A model generated the notes under the pieces. It did not search any database. It worked only from the letters and a program-made list of their open reading frames with translations, and was not told where the DNA came from. A DNA stretch of 64,000 nucleotides. It comes from an uncultured Gammaproteobacteria bacterium (lineage in GTDB: Bacteria; Patescibacteriota; Microgenomatia; CAYSOG01). Positions 1 to 9,859 of this stretch are shown one piece after another; the first letter of the stretch is position 1; every line of letters starts with the position of its first letter. The translations under genes were made by a program, and so were the position numbers. The stretch is taken from positions 6,975-70,974 of the forward strand of contig CAYSOG010000002.1 of the NCBI GenBank assembly GCA_964432675.1, in the 5' to 3' direction.

Positions 1-376
1 CCATCGAAACACCCCAAAGAACCGGCACTGTCATAAACCAGATAACCGGGGTGCGGGCGATGGCCCAGAAAAAATGACAAAGGTTTGGTCTGGCTGGCGG
101 ATCATGGGCCCGAAAAACCCGATGTTCCAACCACCACTGATATGCGGCATAATGCCAACTATGGGCACCAATAGCCAAATCAGCTTCGTCGCCGCTTGTC
201 ATAATGTGGGCAAGCCTGGCTTCGGAAGAAATAATCCCAACGTTGCCTTGGACCTGCTGCCGTAAGAAGCTTTTTGCTAAGCTGCGGTAAAACCAATACA
301 TTACCATAAGCAAGCCTATGGCAAACAGACTAGCGTATTTTGCTATTTCCAAAAAGATATGAACAACAGCCAACAC
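1..376 (-). CDS. Hypothetical membrane protein, truncated at the window edge
   Basis: AAGGAGG SD upstream of GTG at 376; frame stays open to the window start (MLAVVHIFLEIAKYASLFAIGLLMVMYWFY...NLCHFFWAIART...); N-terminal hydrophobic helix. Confidence 0.65.
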   Translation of the reverse strand, partial: MLAVVHIFLEIAKYASLFAIGLLMVMYWFYRSLAKSFLRQQVQGNVGIISSEARLAHIMTSGDEADLAIGAHSWHYAAYQWWLEHRVFRAHDPPARPNLCHFFWAIARTPVIWFMTVPVLWGVSM

Positions 377-576
377 AAGCTACCTCCTTATACCCGCTTG
401 TTTGCTTTTCAGTTTTAGTAATACCTTTTTTAACGTGCCATTTGTCTTAAGAATAATGACTGATATGTCTACTCTTAAAAATATTCCTAGAACAAAAATG
501 TGCTTATAAAGTATAGCAGAACCGGCAAGGATTTACTATAAGGTAATAAATGGACAATTAGGATGTGGTGTTAGCC

Positions 577-617
577 AAAAAAGAAGGACTGGTATCTACT
601 ATTGTAGACACCAGTCC
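577..617 (-). terminator. Intrinsic terminator of the 638-1282 gene
   Basis: GGACTGGT..ACCAGTCC stem with a T-rich tail on the minus strand. Confidence 0.7.
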
Positions 618-637
618 AAAAATATCGCGGTTAAAAG

Positions 638-1282
638 TTAAAAGTCCATGCCCGCAGCTTTGCGGTCTTCCTGCATACCCCAAGTGGCAATCCTGAAGCC
701 AACTGCGTTGTCGACTTCCAAGCCTGGGTAAAGACGAGTAAATTTCATGTCGTCAGTTAAGGCAACATAGCCCACCAGCACTGGGTCAATTCTGATTGGC
801 ATAATTCGGTGAAATGCCTCTGACTCAGGAGAACCGATCAAGAATTTGCCAAACAGGCCCGTTTTTTGGGCTTGCTGCATGCTCACAAGCGCTTCTGCCG
901 GAATTGGCGAGGCGAAGTAGTGCTTAAGGGTTTGAGGCCGCCCAAGCCAACCGTCAAAGAAGCGCTGCACGCGACTTGGCCGCATGGCCAAACCAGCGTA
1001 CCAGTCTTCCGGCATCGTATAGGGTTCGTACCCTTGCGAAATGGCAGAAACAACACGCTTCAGGCCGGCCAATCGGGTTGTGACCGTTTTGCGTCGCTCG
1101 CGGTAGACTGCAACCTGGGCCGGCGGCAAGGTGCCACCTTTGAGGCCTGCTTCAAGTTCCACTGCCTCTTCCTCAAGCGCTTGCACTTGCGGCAGGGTGA
1201 GTTGCTCTTTGAGAAACTCTGGCAGCTGGGCCAATGCTTCCGATGCCTGCACTTGCTCAACCAGATCTAACACGGCTGTCAT
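638..1282 (-). CDS. Hypothetical protein with N-terminal coiled coil
   Basis: ORF 638..1366; more likely start is ATG 1282 (MTAVLDL) after an AAGGAG SD; followed by a terminator. Confidence 0.7.
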   Translation of the reverse strand: MTAVLDLVEQVQASEALAQLPEFLKEQLTLPQVQALEEEAVELEAGLKGGTLPPAQVAVYRERRKTVTTRLAGLKRVVSAISQGYEPYTMPEDWYAGLAMRPSRVQRFFDGWLGRPQTLKHYFASPIPAEALVSMQQAQKTGLFGKFLIGSPESEAFHRIMPIRIDPVLVGYVALTDDMKFTRLYPGLEVDNAVGFRIATWGMQEDRKAAGMDF

Positions 1283-1611
1283 GGCTTTCTCCTTTGCTGC
1301 TTGGCGTTTAACCACGATGGTAAAGTGCGTTACCGGTTTTGCGTTGTTACAATTTACCTCCTGCACTGCGCATTAGTGTACGGTAACTATTGGATGCATT
1401 ATAGGCAGTTTAGAGGCCGTCGTCAACTTAAATTACTAATGCGTTTCGAAAATCCGCCCTAAACATAAACCTATAGTCTTGTAAAACAATCTGTTTTGTG
1501 GTAAAATAACACCGTAAAACGATGATGAATAATCATTCCGTTTAGTAGGATTTATTTTGCACTTTACCAATACGGTGTTAGCAACAAGTCGTAGCAAGAG
1601 AGGAAACAGGC

Positions 1612-2325
1612 ATGGCAGAAAACAACCAGCTAAATCTGCAAGTTATAGGAATAGGCAATGACCTTATTACCTGTCCATATTGCAACGCCGCTAATCCGGA
1701 AGATGCAACATATTGTGTGGAATGCGGTAAGCGGATGGGCGTTTGCTTAAGCTGCAACCGTCCATTACCGAATAATCAGCTTCTCATACGAAACCATTGC
1801 CCATCGTGCGGGGCGCTTATCAACCCTAAGCCTGCACCATGGTACAAACGAATGCAGTGGCCAAACTTGCAAGCTGCAGCTTTCCAGGTGTTTGTGGTTT
1901 GCCTAACCGCTGCCGGCACTATAGCTGCTATTGCAATTGTCGCTGGCCTTGCAGCGGGAACTGTTGTAGAGCCGAGAGTGAATTCAGACTTAGATAGCTT
2001 TCACGCTGCCATGGTAATTACATTCATTGTCACTGGAATTGCTATGGTTATTGCTGGTTGTTGGGTAGTGTATGATGTTTATCATCTAGAACAAGGTAAT
2101 GAAAACGTAAGCCCTTTAGAACTTTTTTGGGTAGCCTATGCCTTTGGCCTAAGCTTGATACTCTTTCTTGAAGCTATTTTTGCGTGGCACACCTCGAATA
2201 CTAAAATCGATACAATGGCCCATGTTTTCTGGGTTTTGACTGCGGCAGCAATTGGCTTATCCTGTTGTTCTGCCGTCTTCTACGCTTTTGTTAAGGCCCA
2301 TGCTGTACAGCCAGCCGCAAACTAA
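1612..2325 (+). CDS. Double zinc-ribbon domain membrane protein
   Basis: Four CxxC pairs (CPYC, CVEC, CLSC, CPSC) followed by 4 hydrophobic helices; GAGG SD. Confidence 0.8.
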   Translation: MAENNQLNLQVIGIGNDLITCPYCNAANPEDATYCVECGKRMGVCLSCNRPLPNNQLLIRNHCPSCGALINPKPAPWYKRMQWPNLQAAAFQVFVVCLTAAGTIAAIAIVAGLAAGTVVEPRVNSDLDSFHAAMVITFIVTGIAMVIAGCWVVYDVYHLEQGNENVSPLELFWVAYAFGLSLILFLEAIFAWHTSNTKIDTMAHVFWVLTAAAIGLSCCSAVFYAFVKAHAVQPAAN

Positions 2326-2372
2326 ACACGGTTTGTAGCATGGTGCAGGGTACATCTTCGAAGGAGGGCGCA

Positions 2373-3041
2373 GTGTTTCAGCCACTTGATGTGCTAGGAA
2401 CAAATGTTAAATGCCCGTTTTGCGGCTTTATCAATGTTGACAATGCCGCTTATTGTTCCCAATGCCACAAAAGAATTGGCTACTGCTTAACTTGCAAGGC
2501 CAAGTTCCCTGACGAAACAGTCTACCTAAAGGACTTTTGTCCATTCTGCGGTGCACCGATTAATCCGCCAAACCCAACGTTTTGGAGCAAGATTGACTTT
2601 GCGCCACTCAAGCGATATACGCCATGGATCCTTTTCGGGTGTCTTTTATTGACGGCCTTTATCTTTGCCTGCGCAACAACTTTTGGCTTCGCAGCCGCTA
2701 CAATATCCGATCAACATAGTAAGGGAAGTTTCAATGACGGCTTATTCATTCCCGGGATGATCTTCTTCTATTGCATAATAATATCAGCTGCAATAGGTTC
2801 AGCTGCATATACGGCGGCATATCCAATTAAGTTTATTGGAGCGTCAGCAGGTTTTACGTGTGCCGCATTTTTCGCGACAGGCATTGGTCTACTCGTTCTG
2901 ATCGGCAACGTGTCCAATAGCCAAGTCGACGACTTAGCCCACTTTTTCTGGAAATTAACAGCGATTGTAGCTTTTTTAACAGCTCTTGGCTGGCTAGCGT
3001 ATGGACTGAGTAAGTCGGTGCGACTGATTAGGCCTGCGTAA
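2373..3041 (+). CDS. Double zinc-ribbon domain membrane protein, paralog of 1612-2325
   Basis: CPFC, CSQC, CLTC, CPFC plus 4 TM helices; shared AHxFW motif; AAGGAGG before GTG 2373 (track start 2340). Confidence 0.8.
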   Translation: MFQPLDVLGTNVKCPFCGFINVDNAAYCSQCHKRIGYCLTCKAKFPDETVYLKDFCPFCGAPINPPNPTFWSKIDFAPLKRYTPWILFGCLLLTAFIFACATTFGFAAATISDQHSKGSFNDGLFIPGMIFFYCIIISAAIGSAAYTAAYPIKFIGASAGFTCAAFFATGIGLLVLIGNVSNSQVDDLAHFFWKLTAIVAFLTALGWLAYGLSKSVRLIRPA

Positions 3042-3065
3042 GACTAACACTGTTTAGCATTTCTT

Positions 3066-3110
3066 GCCGCGCTCGCGATTTTTATAATCGTAGGGCGCGG
3101 CTTTTTTATT
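3066..3110 (+). terminator. Intrinsic terminator
   Basis: GCCGCGCT..GGCGCGGC stem followed by TTTTTT. Confidence 0.8.
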
Positions 3111-3206
3111 GGCCAACACATAGAAATTCGCTTCAGCTTTTGCTACAATTCCCTTACGTCGAATTTGGCAAATGGCCAACGACTAGCACATTAAAAGGAG
3201 TACACC

Positions 3207-3815
3207 ATGGGTCATGTAGTCTATCATCTTGAAGGTTTTAACGATGCTGCAGTCCAAGCCATGCGCCATGCAATCAACGCATCAGAGCGATTTGACCATA
3301 AGTATGTCGGCGACGAGCATTTGCTATTCGGTATACTAGCAGAAACCGGTGGATTAGCACACAGCATCCTTGATAAATGTGACATTGATGTTAACAAAGT
3401 CCGTAGCGCTATTGAGTTCATTGTAGATAAGAATGCCAGTAGCGATGTTACTTCATCTGAACCCACCCCCCGCCTAAAAAAGATAATCGAGCTCGCTCGA
3501 GAAGAAGCGAAATCTTTAGGCGCAGATAATGTCTCGACAGAGCATTTGCTCTTGGGGATTGTTCGTGAAGGCGAAGGCATTGGTGCCGGGATACTTGTAG
3601 CACATGGCGTAATACTTGAAGAAATGCGACAGGGCTTGTACAAAGCGATAGCATCAAACGAGCAAGTACCACCTAGCTCAAACTATGGCATGGCACGGTT
3701 GATTGCTTACTACGAAAGCCCCACGACAGCAGCTTTGAACAAAGACCGTGTCGACAAACTTGCCGAAAGCCTTATGGACTTTATCGAAGGTGAGCCGGAA
3801 AACCAAGAAAGCTAA
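3207..3815 (+). CDS. Stand-alone Clp protease N-terminal (Clp repeat) domain protein with C-terminal helical extension
   Basis: Two Clp_N repeats (GDEHLLFGIL; TPRLKKIIELA...STEHLLLGIVREGEGIG); no AAA+ domain. Confidence 0.88.
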   Translation: MGHVVYHLEGFNDAAVQAMRHAINASERFDHKYVGDEHLLFGILAETGGLAHSILDKCDIDVNKVRSAIEFIVDKNASSDVTSSEPTPRLKKIIELAREEAKSLGADNVSTEHLLLGIVREGEGIGAGILVAHGVILEEMRQGLYKAIASNEQVPPSSNYGMARLIAYYESPTTAALNKDRVDKLAESLMDFIEGEPENQES

Positions 3816-3858
3816 CACCAAGTGACAGGCTCGAAATTCCTAGAAAAGGAAGAAAACC

Positions 3859-4332
3859 GTGGCTGATGAAGCCTTGGAAAGCATTCTTGAAGAATTTAGC
3901 GACGAATGCAAGCAGGCGGTTAAGCTTGCGGAAGAAGAAGCAAGAAATTTAGGACGTGATTATCTTGGCACCGAACATCTGCTGCTCGGCTTATGCCGAG
4001 TGCAAACAGGACGGTATCGGGAAATTCTGCAGCGGCTGAATGAAAAGCCACAGAAACTCCGCAGCATAGTTCTTTTTATCGATGGCCAAAAACTTCGGCC
4101 TCTACCCGAAGGGCATCCATTTCAAGGCCTGACTGACCGGGCAAAACAAGTGCTTCGTCTTGCCCATGATGAAGCCATGCTTCGGCAAAGCAACAAGGTA
4201 GAAACAGAGCATCTTGTCATTGGGTTGCTTAGGGAAGGCGAAGGCATTGCAGCCGGAGCTTTCGAATCAACCGGTATTACCCTCGATGTTGTTCGGTTAA
4301 CGCTTGATGCTATGGCGTCGCACCGGAAATAA
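3859..4332 (+). CDS. Stand-alone Clp protease N-terminal (Clp repeat) domain protein
   Basis: GTEHLLLGL; LTDRAKQVLRLA...ETEHLVIGLLREGEGIAA; stop and hairpin immediately after the N-domain. Confidence 0.88.
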   Translation: MADEALESILEEFSDECKQAVKLAEEEARNLGRDYLGTEHLLLGLCRVQTGRYREILQRLNEKPQKLRSIVLFIDGQKLRPLPEGHPFQGLTDRAKQVLRLAHDEAMLRQSNKVETEHLVIGLLREGEGIAAGAFESTGITLDVVRLTLDAMASHRK

Positions 4333-4336
4333 TCGT

Positions 4337-4366
4337 TGGGTGGAGTTTTCTCACTCCACCCACTTT
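4337..4366 (+). terminator. Hairpin/terminator after the Clp-N pair
   Basis: TGGGTGGAGT..ACTCCACCCA perfect stem. Confidence 0.65.
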
Positions 4367-4414
4367 CACATTACTTTACAAAATTAGGGCAATATCCTGT
4401 GCAGGAGGAAAACC

Positions 4415-4954
4415 ATGGCCCATAACAACCTGGTTGAGGTCAGGCTGCAACTTGCCAATGGCATCGATGTCCTTGAATATAGTACCAAAGGGATCGAACA
4501 CGACAATACGAGCGACCGCATGTTCACAATGCCGCTTGGCACAGAATATAGGTTCGCGGTTAAGAATGTCACCCAAAATCCACCACAAGCCGTTATTGTG
4601 TTTGCCCAAGTGAACGGCATGGATATTACCGGCTATGTACCGCGCTTTACTTCAATCAAAGCTGGTGAAACCGAGTACTTTACAAATTATTATTTCAACA
4701 ATTTTTCGGCTAATAACGGCAAGGTTCGGCCAACAGAAAAGTTTAGCGGAACGCTGGCATTTATCCCAGCACCTTCACTCTGCATTTACTTATTTGTTGC
4801 ACCCCAAACGGCGATTATTGACGACCCAAGCCTTGGCGGGTTGCCGTTTCGGCATTCGCTAACCAAGCAGTCGTGGCAAATGATTCGCTACGAAGGCATA
4901 CGTGAGGAAATATGGCATAATTTCGCAGGCTTGGTAATAATGCATCCCGGATAG
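4415..4954 (+). CDS. Hypothetical protein (beta-rich)
   Basis: 179-aa ORF with AGGAGG SD and downstream terminator. Confidence 0.7.
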   Translation: MAHNNLVEVRLQLANGIDVLEYSTKGIEHDNTSDRMFTMPLGTEYRFAVKNVTQNPPQAVIVFAQVNGMDITGYVPRFTSIKAGETEYFTNYYFNNFSANNGKVRPTEKFSGTLAFIPAPSLCIYLFVAPQTAIIDDPSLGGLPFRHSLTKQSWQMIRYEGIREEIWHNFAGLVIMHPG

Positions 4955-4974
4955 GAAAATTACTCCTGAAACAA

Positions 4975-5011
4975 AACAGGTGGGGAAGCCGAAACGACTT
5001 CTCCACCTGTT
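4975..5011. terminator. Probable bidirectional terminator between convergent genes
   Basis: AACAGGTGGGGAAG..CTTCTCCACCTGTT inverted repeat. Confidence 0.7.
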
Positions 5012-5032
5012 ATCTCACTACAAAAGACACGC

Positions 5033-5740
5033 TCACCTTCTCACCTTATTATACCAGTCACGAAATATTTCATTAGCAACATCTTTCCCGCCTAATCCAA
5101 CCATTAAACCAAATCCTAACGCTAATGCGGCGACAACACCGGTAAAGAGAATATTAATAAGATCGGGCACTATTTCAAGCTGCCTAATAACGGCTAATAT
5201 CGTAAAGACAATGACAACCCACTTTGCGAAAGTAGCAAGTGTAGCAGCTAATCCAATTTGCATCGTGCGTAGGGTACCGCGCATGACATTCGAAAGGAAG
5301 TCAGCTAATAGCAGGCCGCCCGTCAAAATCAAAACTGCCGCAATCACTTTTGGTGTGTAGCCAATAATCTTATTTAAGGCATCGGCCACAACCGGCAATC
5401 CTAAAATAGACAAACTTGCCAGGAAAAAACTGATAATGATAAACCACTTAATGATGTCAGCAACCGCTTCTTTTGGCGATGCGTGATAGCCCGCCTCACC
5501 TAAGAAACTACCAATGCCCATGCGTGAAGCCGCGGCATCAAACCGCACCACTGCCAGGCCAGACTTCACAAATTTCTTAATCCAAATTGCCAAGATCCAG
5601 CCGATTAGTAAAACGACTATGGCACCAAGTAAACTTGGCACAATAGCCACAATACCATTTAACAAGTTAGCTGATGCGGTCACGATCGCTTCGTTCCAAC
5701 TGCTTACCGGATACAATACATTCGTTTGCATATATTCCAC
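5033..5740 (-). CDS. MscS-associated TM_helix repeat membrane protein (CmpX-like)
   Basis: Repeated P.llgA.vvl.iG.ila motif; C-terminal ALALGFGLMVGLGGKDVA; AAGGAGG SD. Confidence 0.85.
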   Translation of the reverse strand: MEYMQTNVLYPVSSWNEAIVTASANLLNGIVAIVPSLLGAIVVLLIGWILAIWIKKFVKSGLAVVRFDAAASRMGIGSFLGEAGYHASPKEAVADIIKWFIIISFFLASLSILGLPVVADALNKIIGYTPKVIAAVLILTGGLLLADFLSNVMRGTLRTMQIGLAATLATFAKWVVIVFTILAVIRQLEIVPDLINILFTGVVAALALGFGLMVGLGGKDVANEIFRDWYNKVRR

Positions 5741-5908
5741 CTCCTTTCATTTTTAATAACTCCATTGTTTTCGTACTTTAACTATTGCCCAAGCAAGCAA
5801 AAAATGTCAATGCATCTCTCTAAAGATATATAGTGAAGCAAGCGTCATTAAAGTACTATGAAGGTTATTTGCCTTGCTCTTTTCTCGATCCTACGTTAGT
5901 ATAGCTTT

Positions 5909-6649
5909 ATGGACTTTCAGCCATATGAGATTATTAGCAATGAAAATATTGCGCCTGATGTTTTCATATTTCGCTTCAAGCCAACACAAGCAAAGGAAGT
6001 CTTTTCCTTTATCCCAGGACAATTTTGCCAGATAAAAAATCCAACTTCTGACCGACCCAACCAACCACATCTCTTTTCGATCGCATCGTCACCACATACT
6101 AAGGAATATCTTGAGTTTTGCATTAAACAATACGGCCCTTGGACGCATGCCTTAGCCCAAAAAAAAGTCGGCGAAACCGTTGAAATTAACGGGCCGCTTG
6201 GTAAATTTACCTGGGACAATGCCGTACAACACGCGGTATTTTTAGCAGGCGGCGTCGGCGTTGCGCCCATTATGTCTATGCTGCGGTATATAAACGAGGA
6301 ACACTTGCAACCGCGGGTTACCCTGCTTTACGGTAACCGCGATCAAGCGTCAATCGCTTACGGCGACGAAATTAAGCAAATTATAGCTAACCTTAAAAAC
6401 GGGAAAGTGGTCGATATTCTTTCCGATATTGCACCTGACCACCCATGGCAAGGGTACCGAGGTTTTTTAACGAAGGATATTTTAGAAAAGGAAGTTGATG
6501 TTGAACCTGAACCAACATTTTTCCTGTGCGGCCCACCTATATTCGTACAATTAGCCAAAGAGTTGGTTGCCCAGATCAATATTGAACCTGCCAGGATTAA
6601 ACAAGAAATATATTCAGCCCCTGTTGCTCTCAAAACTGCTGCCCAATAA
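5909..6649 (+). CDS. FAD/NAD(P)-binding oxidoreductase (ferredoxin-NADP reductase-like)
   Basis: FIPGQF, FSIASSP, GPLGKF, LAGGVGVAPIMSM, LYGNR and FLCGPP motifs. Confidence 0.9.
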   Translation: MDFQPYEIISNENIAPDVFIFRFKPTQAKEVFSFIPGQFCQIKNPTSDRPNQPHLFSIASSPHTKEYLEFCIKQYGPWTHALAQKKVGETVEINGPLGKFTWDNAVQHAVFLAGGVGVAPIMSMLRYINEEHLQPRVTLLYGNRDQASIAYGDEIKQIIANLKNGKVVDILSDIAPDHPWQGYRGFLTKDILEKEVDVEPEPTFFLCGPPIFVQLAKELVAQINIEPARIKQEIYSAPVALKTAAQ

Positions 6650-6669
6650 GATAACGCTCATTGCAGACC

Positions 6670-7371
6670 ATGAAACAGTCACTGTTCACCACAACTATTT
6701 TAGGCGGATTATTTTTAGTGCTAATTTTAGGCGTTTTGGTTGCAGTAAGGAACGTAAAACCGTCAAAGACACTTGAAAGCTCTCCCATCGATCAAAACTT
6801 ACAACTTACCTCAGCCATACCGTTGCAAGTTCCAACTTCATCGCCGGCGGCTACAAGCTCCCAAGCGCAACCTACGACACCGCCTGCAGCGATTGAAACG
6901 AATGCTTCAAAAAGTGCCGATGAGGCACATGCGCCGCATGTCCGCATTACCTTATCAAACGACCAATCATTTACTTTGGCGCTTTACCCTGACCTAGCAC
7001 CAAAAACCGTGGCAAATTTTCTAACAAAAGTAAGAAGTGGCTTTTATAATGGCCTCTTATTTTTTCGCGCTGACAAAGCCCAAGACGGCTCAACGGCGAT
7101 CGTCCAAACCGGTGACCCTACCAATACCGGTCAAGTTGGGGGGACAACGCAGGCAGAATATAACAAAAAACCATTTTTAGCAGGTTCAGTCGGAATCGCG
7201 CGAGGGCAAAACCGCGATATTAACAGCGATAGTCAGTTTTTTATTATTACCCAAGACCTTCCTAATCTCGACGGTAATTACACCAATTTTGGTGACGTCA
7301 TTGCCGGGCTGGATGTTGTAAAAAACATCAAACAAGGCCAACCAATCAAAACAATAGCGGTGATACAGTGA
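6670..7371 (+). CDS. Membrane-anchored cyclophilin-type peptidyl-prolyl cis-trans isomerase
   Basis: N-terminal TM, S/T/P/A linker, then APKTVANF, GFYNGL, QTGDP, SQFFI, LDGNYTNFG. Confidence 0.88.
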   Translation: MKQSLFTTTILGGLFLVLILGVLVAVRNVKPSKTLESSPIDQNLQLTSAIPLQVPTSSPAATSSQAQPTTPPAAIETNASKSADEAHAPHVRITLSNDQSFTLALYPDLAPKTVANFLTKVRSGFYNGLLFFRADKAQDGSTAIVQTGDPTNTGQVGGTTQAEYNKKPFLAGSVGIARGQNRDINSDSQFFIITQDLPNLDGNYTNFGDVIAGLDVVKNIKQGQPIKTIAVIQ

Positions 7372-7473
7372 TTAAGTCCTATAGGACATATTAGACTTAT
7401 TTCTAGTGGCAAATCCTTGACACATGCGAGATAATACTGGTATCAAATAAATAAAGGAGGTGTATTACAATTT

Positions 7474-7677
7474 ATGGCATATTCAACAGTCAGTAAGAAA
7501 TCGAACCGAACCTATTACTTGCATCAGCGTGATGTAACCTTGAAAAATGGGCGTCAGCAAAGGATATATTTCTTCGCTCCAACGCAACAAGCAGGCACGA
7601 TCGATGCTGTTCCACAAGGATATGAGGTCGGCGAGAATCCACGAACCGGCCTACCGTACCTACAGAAAGCAAAATAA
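7474..7677 (+). CDS. Small conserved-type hypothetical protein
   Basis: AAGGAGG SD and TTGACA promoter upstream; TYYLH...IYFFA...P.GYEV.EN.RTGLP.L.K pattern that I recognise from CPR small proteins. Confidence 0.8.
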   Translation: MAYSTVSKKSNRTYYLHQRDVTLKNGRQQRIYFFAPTQQAGTIDAVPQGYEVGENPRTGLPYLQKAK

Positions 7678-7860
7678 TTGGCCATATTTATAAACCAATG
7701 GAACCCAATTTACCATGACTTACTGTTGTGGTAGATTATTGGTGAAATATGACTGTCAAACCTTGCTCCTTCTCGAGTAAATGTGGTATAATTCGCATAA
7801 GTTAAGCGGCAGGGTTTTTGGTCTTTATAACTCTGGCAATAGTATATTTATTCGTTCAGT

Positions 7861-8862
7861 ATGGCAAATACACCTAATGACACCAGCATTTTAAATTCCG
7901 GGACCGCAAAAACGGAAGTCACAGCCGCTTCCCAAGCGGTTACTGATCCATGGCACGGTATAGTAAGTCCGGCCCGCCACCGGCCAAAATTATCACAAGA
8001 AGACCTCATTGAGCTTCGAAAGCGCCAAGGTATCGGCTTTTTTGATGAATTTAATGAAGCAGCTGCTCAACCACGTCCAGAAATACCCAGTCCTGATTAT
8101 GCCGATATTATCGATATGCGCGCCGATATCGTGAGCACCTTAAGTGAAGGTTTTTCTGAAGCCCGAGAAGTTATTACCGTTGCCGTCACCGATGTGGTCA
8201 AAAAAGGAGAGCAGGTATTATATAAAGCAAAAACTATTGTTGCTGCTGAAGCGACCGATGTCTTTAACCAAATTATTGGCAAAACTGACCACGCCGAAAC
8301 AAATGCCGCATCCAAAGCAAATCCACATGCTGATAGAAAACCGGCCGAAGTTTATACACCAAAACCAAGTGAAATTTTTGATGATTTAAAGCTTGAACAC
8401 ATCAAGCAGCTTGAACAATTATTTGGCTTAGACCAACTAAAAGGGCACGAGGTGCCAAATAATCACGCGCCCGAGCAAAAGAGCCAAAAGCCACAGGAGG
8501 ATGAAGTTAAAAAACAACAACTTATCGCCGAGCAAAAGCAAAAGATAGCGTATTTCGCAAGACAACGCCAAACAAGCCCCATGGACGAAGCCATGGCCCA
8601 AACTGGTGTTGGTGCCGATGAGGCAAAGCAATTGCTCAATGTTAGTACCAGTATAGACATTAATAAACTCAAAAATGCTAAGTCGGCCCACGATTTAGTC
8701 CAGGCTCGCAGTGCCCAGCTGCAAGCTGCAAAACAAGATTCAGGTGAACTTGGTAGCACTGGTAATGCTTCCGGACGGCTGATTGACAAGTCAGCCGGCA
8801 AAGCCCTGTTAAATGACCTCCAAAACGGCGGCGAAACCCAGATGAAAAATTCTGTCGGCTAA
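7861..8862 (+). CDS. Hypothetical protein (helical, charged)
   Basis: 333-aa ORF; TGGTATAAT promoter element upstream. Confidence 0.7.
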   Translation: MANTPNDTSILNSGTAKTEVTAASQAVTDPWHGIVSPARHRPKLSQEDLIELRKRQGIGFFDEFNEAAAQPRPEIPSPDYADIIDMRADIVSTLSEGFSEAREVITVAVTDVVKKGEQVLYKAKTIVAAEATDVFNQIIGKTDHAETNAASKANPHADRKPAEVYTPKPSEIFDDLKLEHIKQLEQLFGLDQLKGHEVPNNHAPEQKSQKPQEDEVKKQQLIAEQKQKIAYFARQRQTSPMDEAMAQTGVGADEAKQLLNVSTSIDINKLKNAKSAHDLVQARSAQLQAAKQDSGELGSTGNASGRLIDKSAGKALLNDLQNGGETQMKNSVG

Positions 8863-8969
8863 ATTTACCTCTTTACAAAGAGTCTTCTCAAATTCGCTTT
8901 ACACTAATATAGTCTTATAGTATACTTAGCTCGTACCTTAAAATGGTTAAATAGGTAAGGAGAATACCT

Positions 8970-9374
8970 GTGCCAACGGTAACAACGGAAGTGATTACAA
9001 AAACAATCGTTTCGTGCGGTGTCTGTGGAGCAAAGTTTCGCGAGGATGTCAGCAAAAACCTCCCGCCATACGAACGTGCCCTCGCCTGCGAACAAAAAGC
9101 TGTTGCAAAGCCAGCTGCAGAGTACCCAATTGGGCTGCAACTATGCAACCCACATGTGGACATCAACTTAACACTTGCAGCCTACATTCCTGTGCAGTAT
9201 ACCCATATCTTGTACTACGAATTTGATACTGATCTTTTATCATATTTGAAGATGCAGTACTCAAAGGAAACACTCGACAAATCTCTTGCTAACGGCACCT
9301 TAGTACTGGGACATGTTTCGCGCAAACCAGAACGCACAACCCGGCGGCGTAAATCACTCAAGGAGATAGGCTAA
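8970..9374 (+). CDS. Hypothetical protein with CxxC...A.ACE motif
   Basis: AAGGAG SD with GTG start; stop overlaps the next start. Confidence 0.7.
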   Translation: MPTVTTEVITKTIVSCGVCGAKFREDVSKNLPPYERALACEQKAVAKPAAEYPIGLQLCNPHVDINLTLAAYIPVQYTHILYYEFDTDLLSYLKMQYSKETLDKSLANGTLVLGHVSRKPERTTRRRKSLKEIG

Positions 9375-9733
9375 TGATCACCAAAACGGTAATATACGAA
9401 AGCAGTACTTGTCAAACGCGATATGCAGGCCCAGAATCGGAAGACGAAGCCTTACGGAAACGAGCAGAAGCTTGTGAAGCCTTGGGCGAACCTGCATATA
9501 AGTATAAAGTTGGAGAGATTATCGAGAGAAATGATGGCGTATTAGATCTTGTAATCCTTCGAAGGTTTTGTGTCTGTAAAGATGGGCAACATTTGCCCAG
9601 TTATAACGTACGAGTCACTGACGATGGTGACTCGTTTACCGATCCATATTCAATTACAAAGCAAGTCAGTGAAGATACTATCAGCCGCTGGCAAACTTCA
9701 AAGACCCGCGACCATACCTTAGGCCTTGTCTAA
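9374..9733 (+). CDS. Hypothetical protein, distant paralog of 8970-9374
   Basis: TAATG coupling and AAGGAG SD; shared ITKT...C...RA.ACE...Y.(I/V)G pattern. Confidence 0.7.
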   Translation: MITKTVIYESSTCQTRYAGPESEDEALRKRAEACEALGEPAYKYKVGEIIERNDGVLDLVILRRFCVCKDGQHLPSYNVRVTDDGDSFTDPYSITKQVSEDTISRWQTSKTRDHTLGLV

Positions 9734-9796
9734 ATGTTAGCTAGAGCAATAATATAAGTTTGAAAAAATATTGCTAAATACGATCTAAAAACAACC

Positions 9797-9835
9797 AGCA
9801 CCGTGTTGGATAAAACCGCACGGTGCTTCTTTTTT
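9797..9835 (+). terminator. Intrinsic terminator
   Basis: AGCACCGTG..CACGGTGCT stem plus T-tract. Confidence 0.75.
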
Positions 9836-9859
9836 GCTTAAATTAACGAAATAGGGGAG

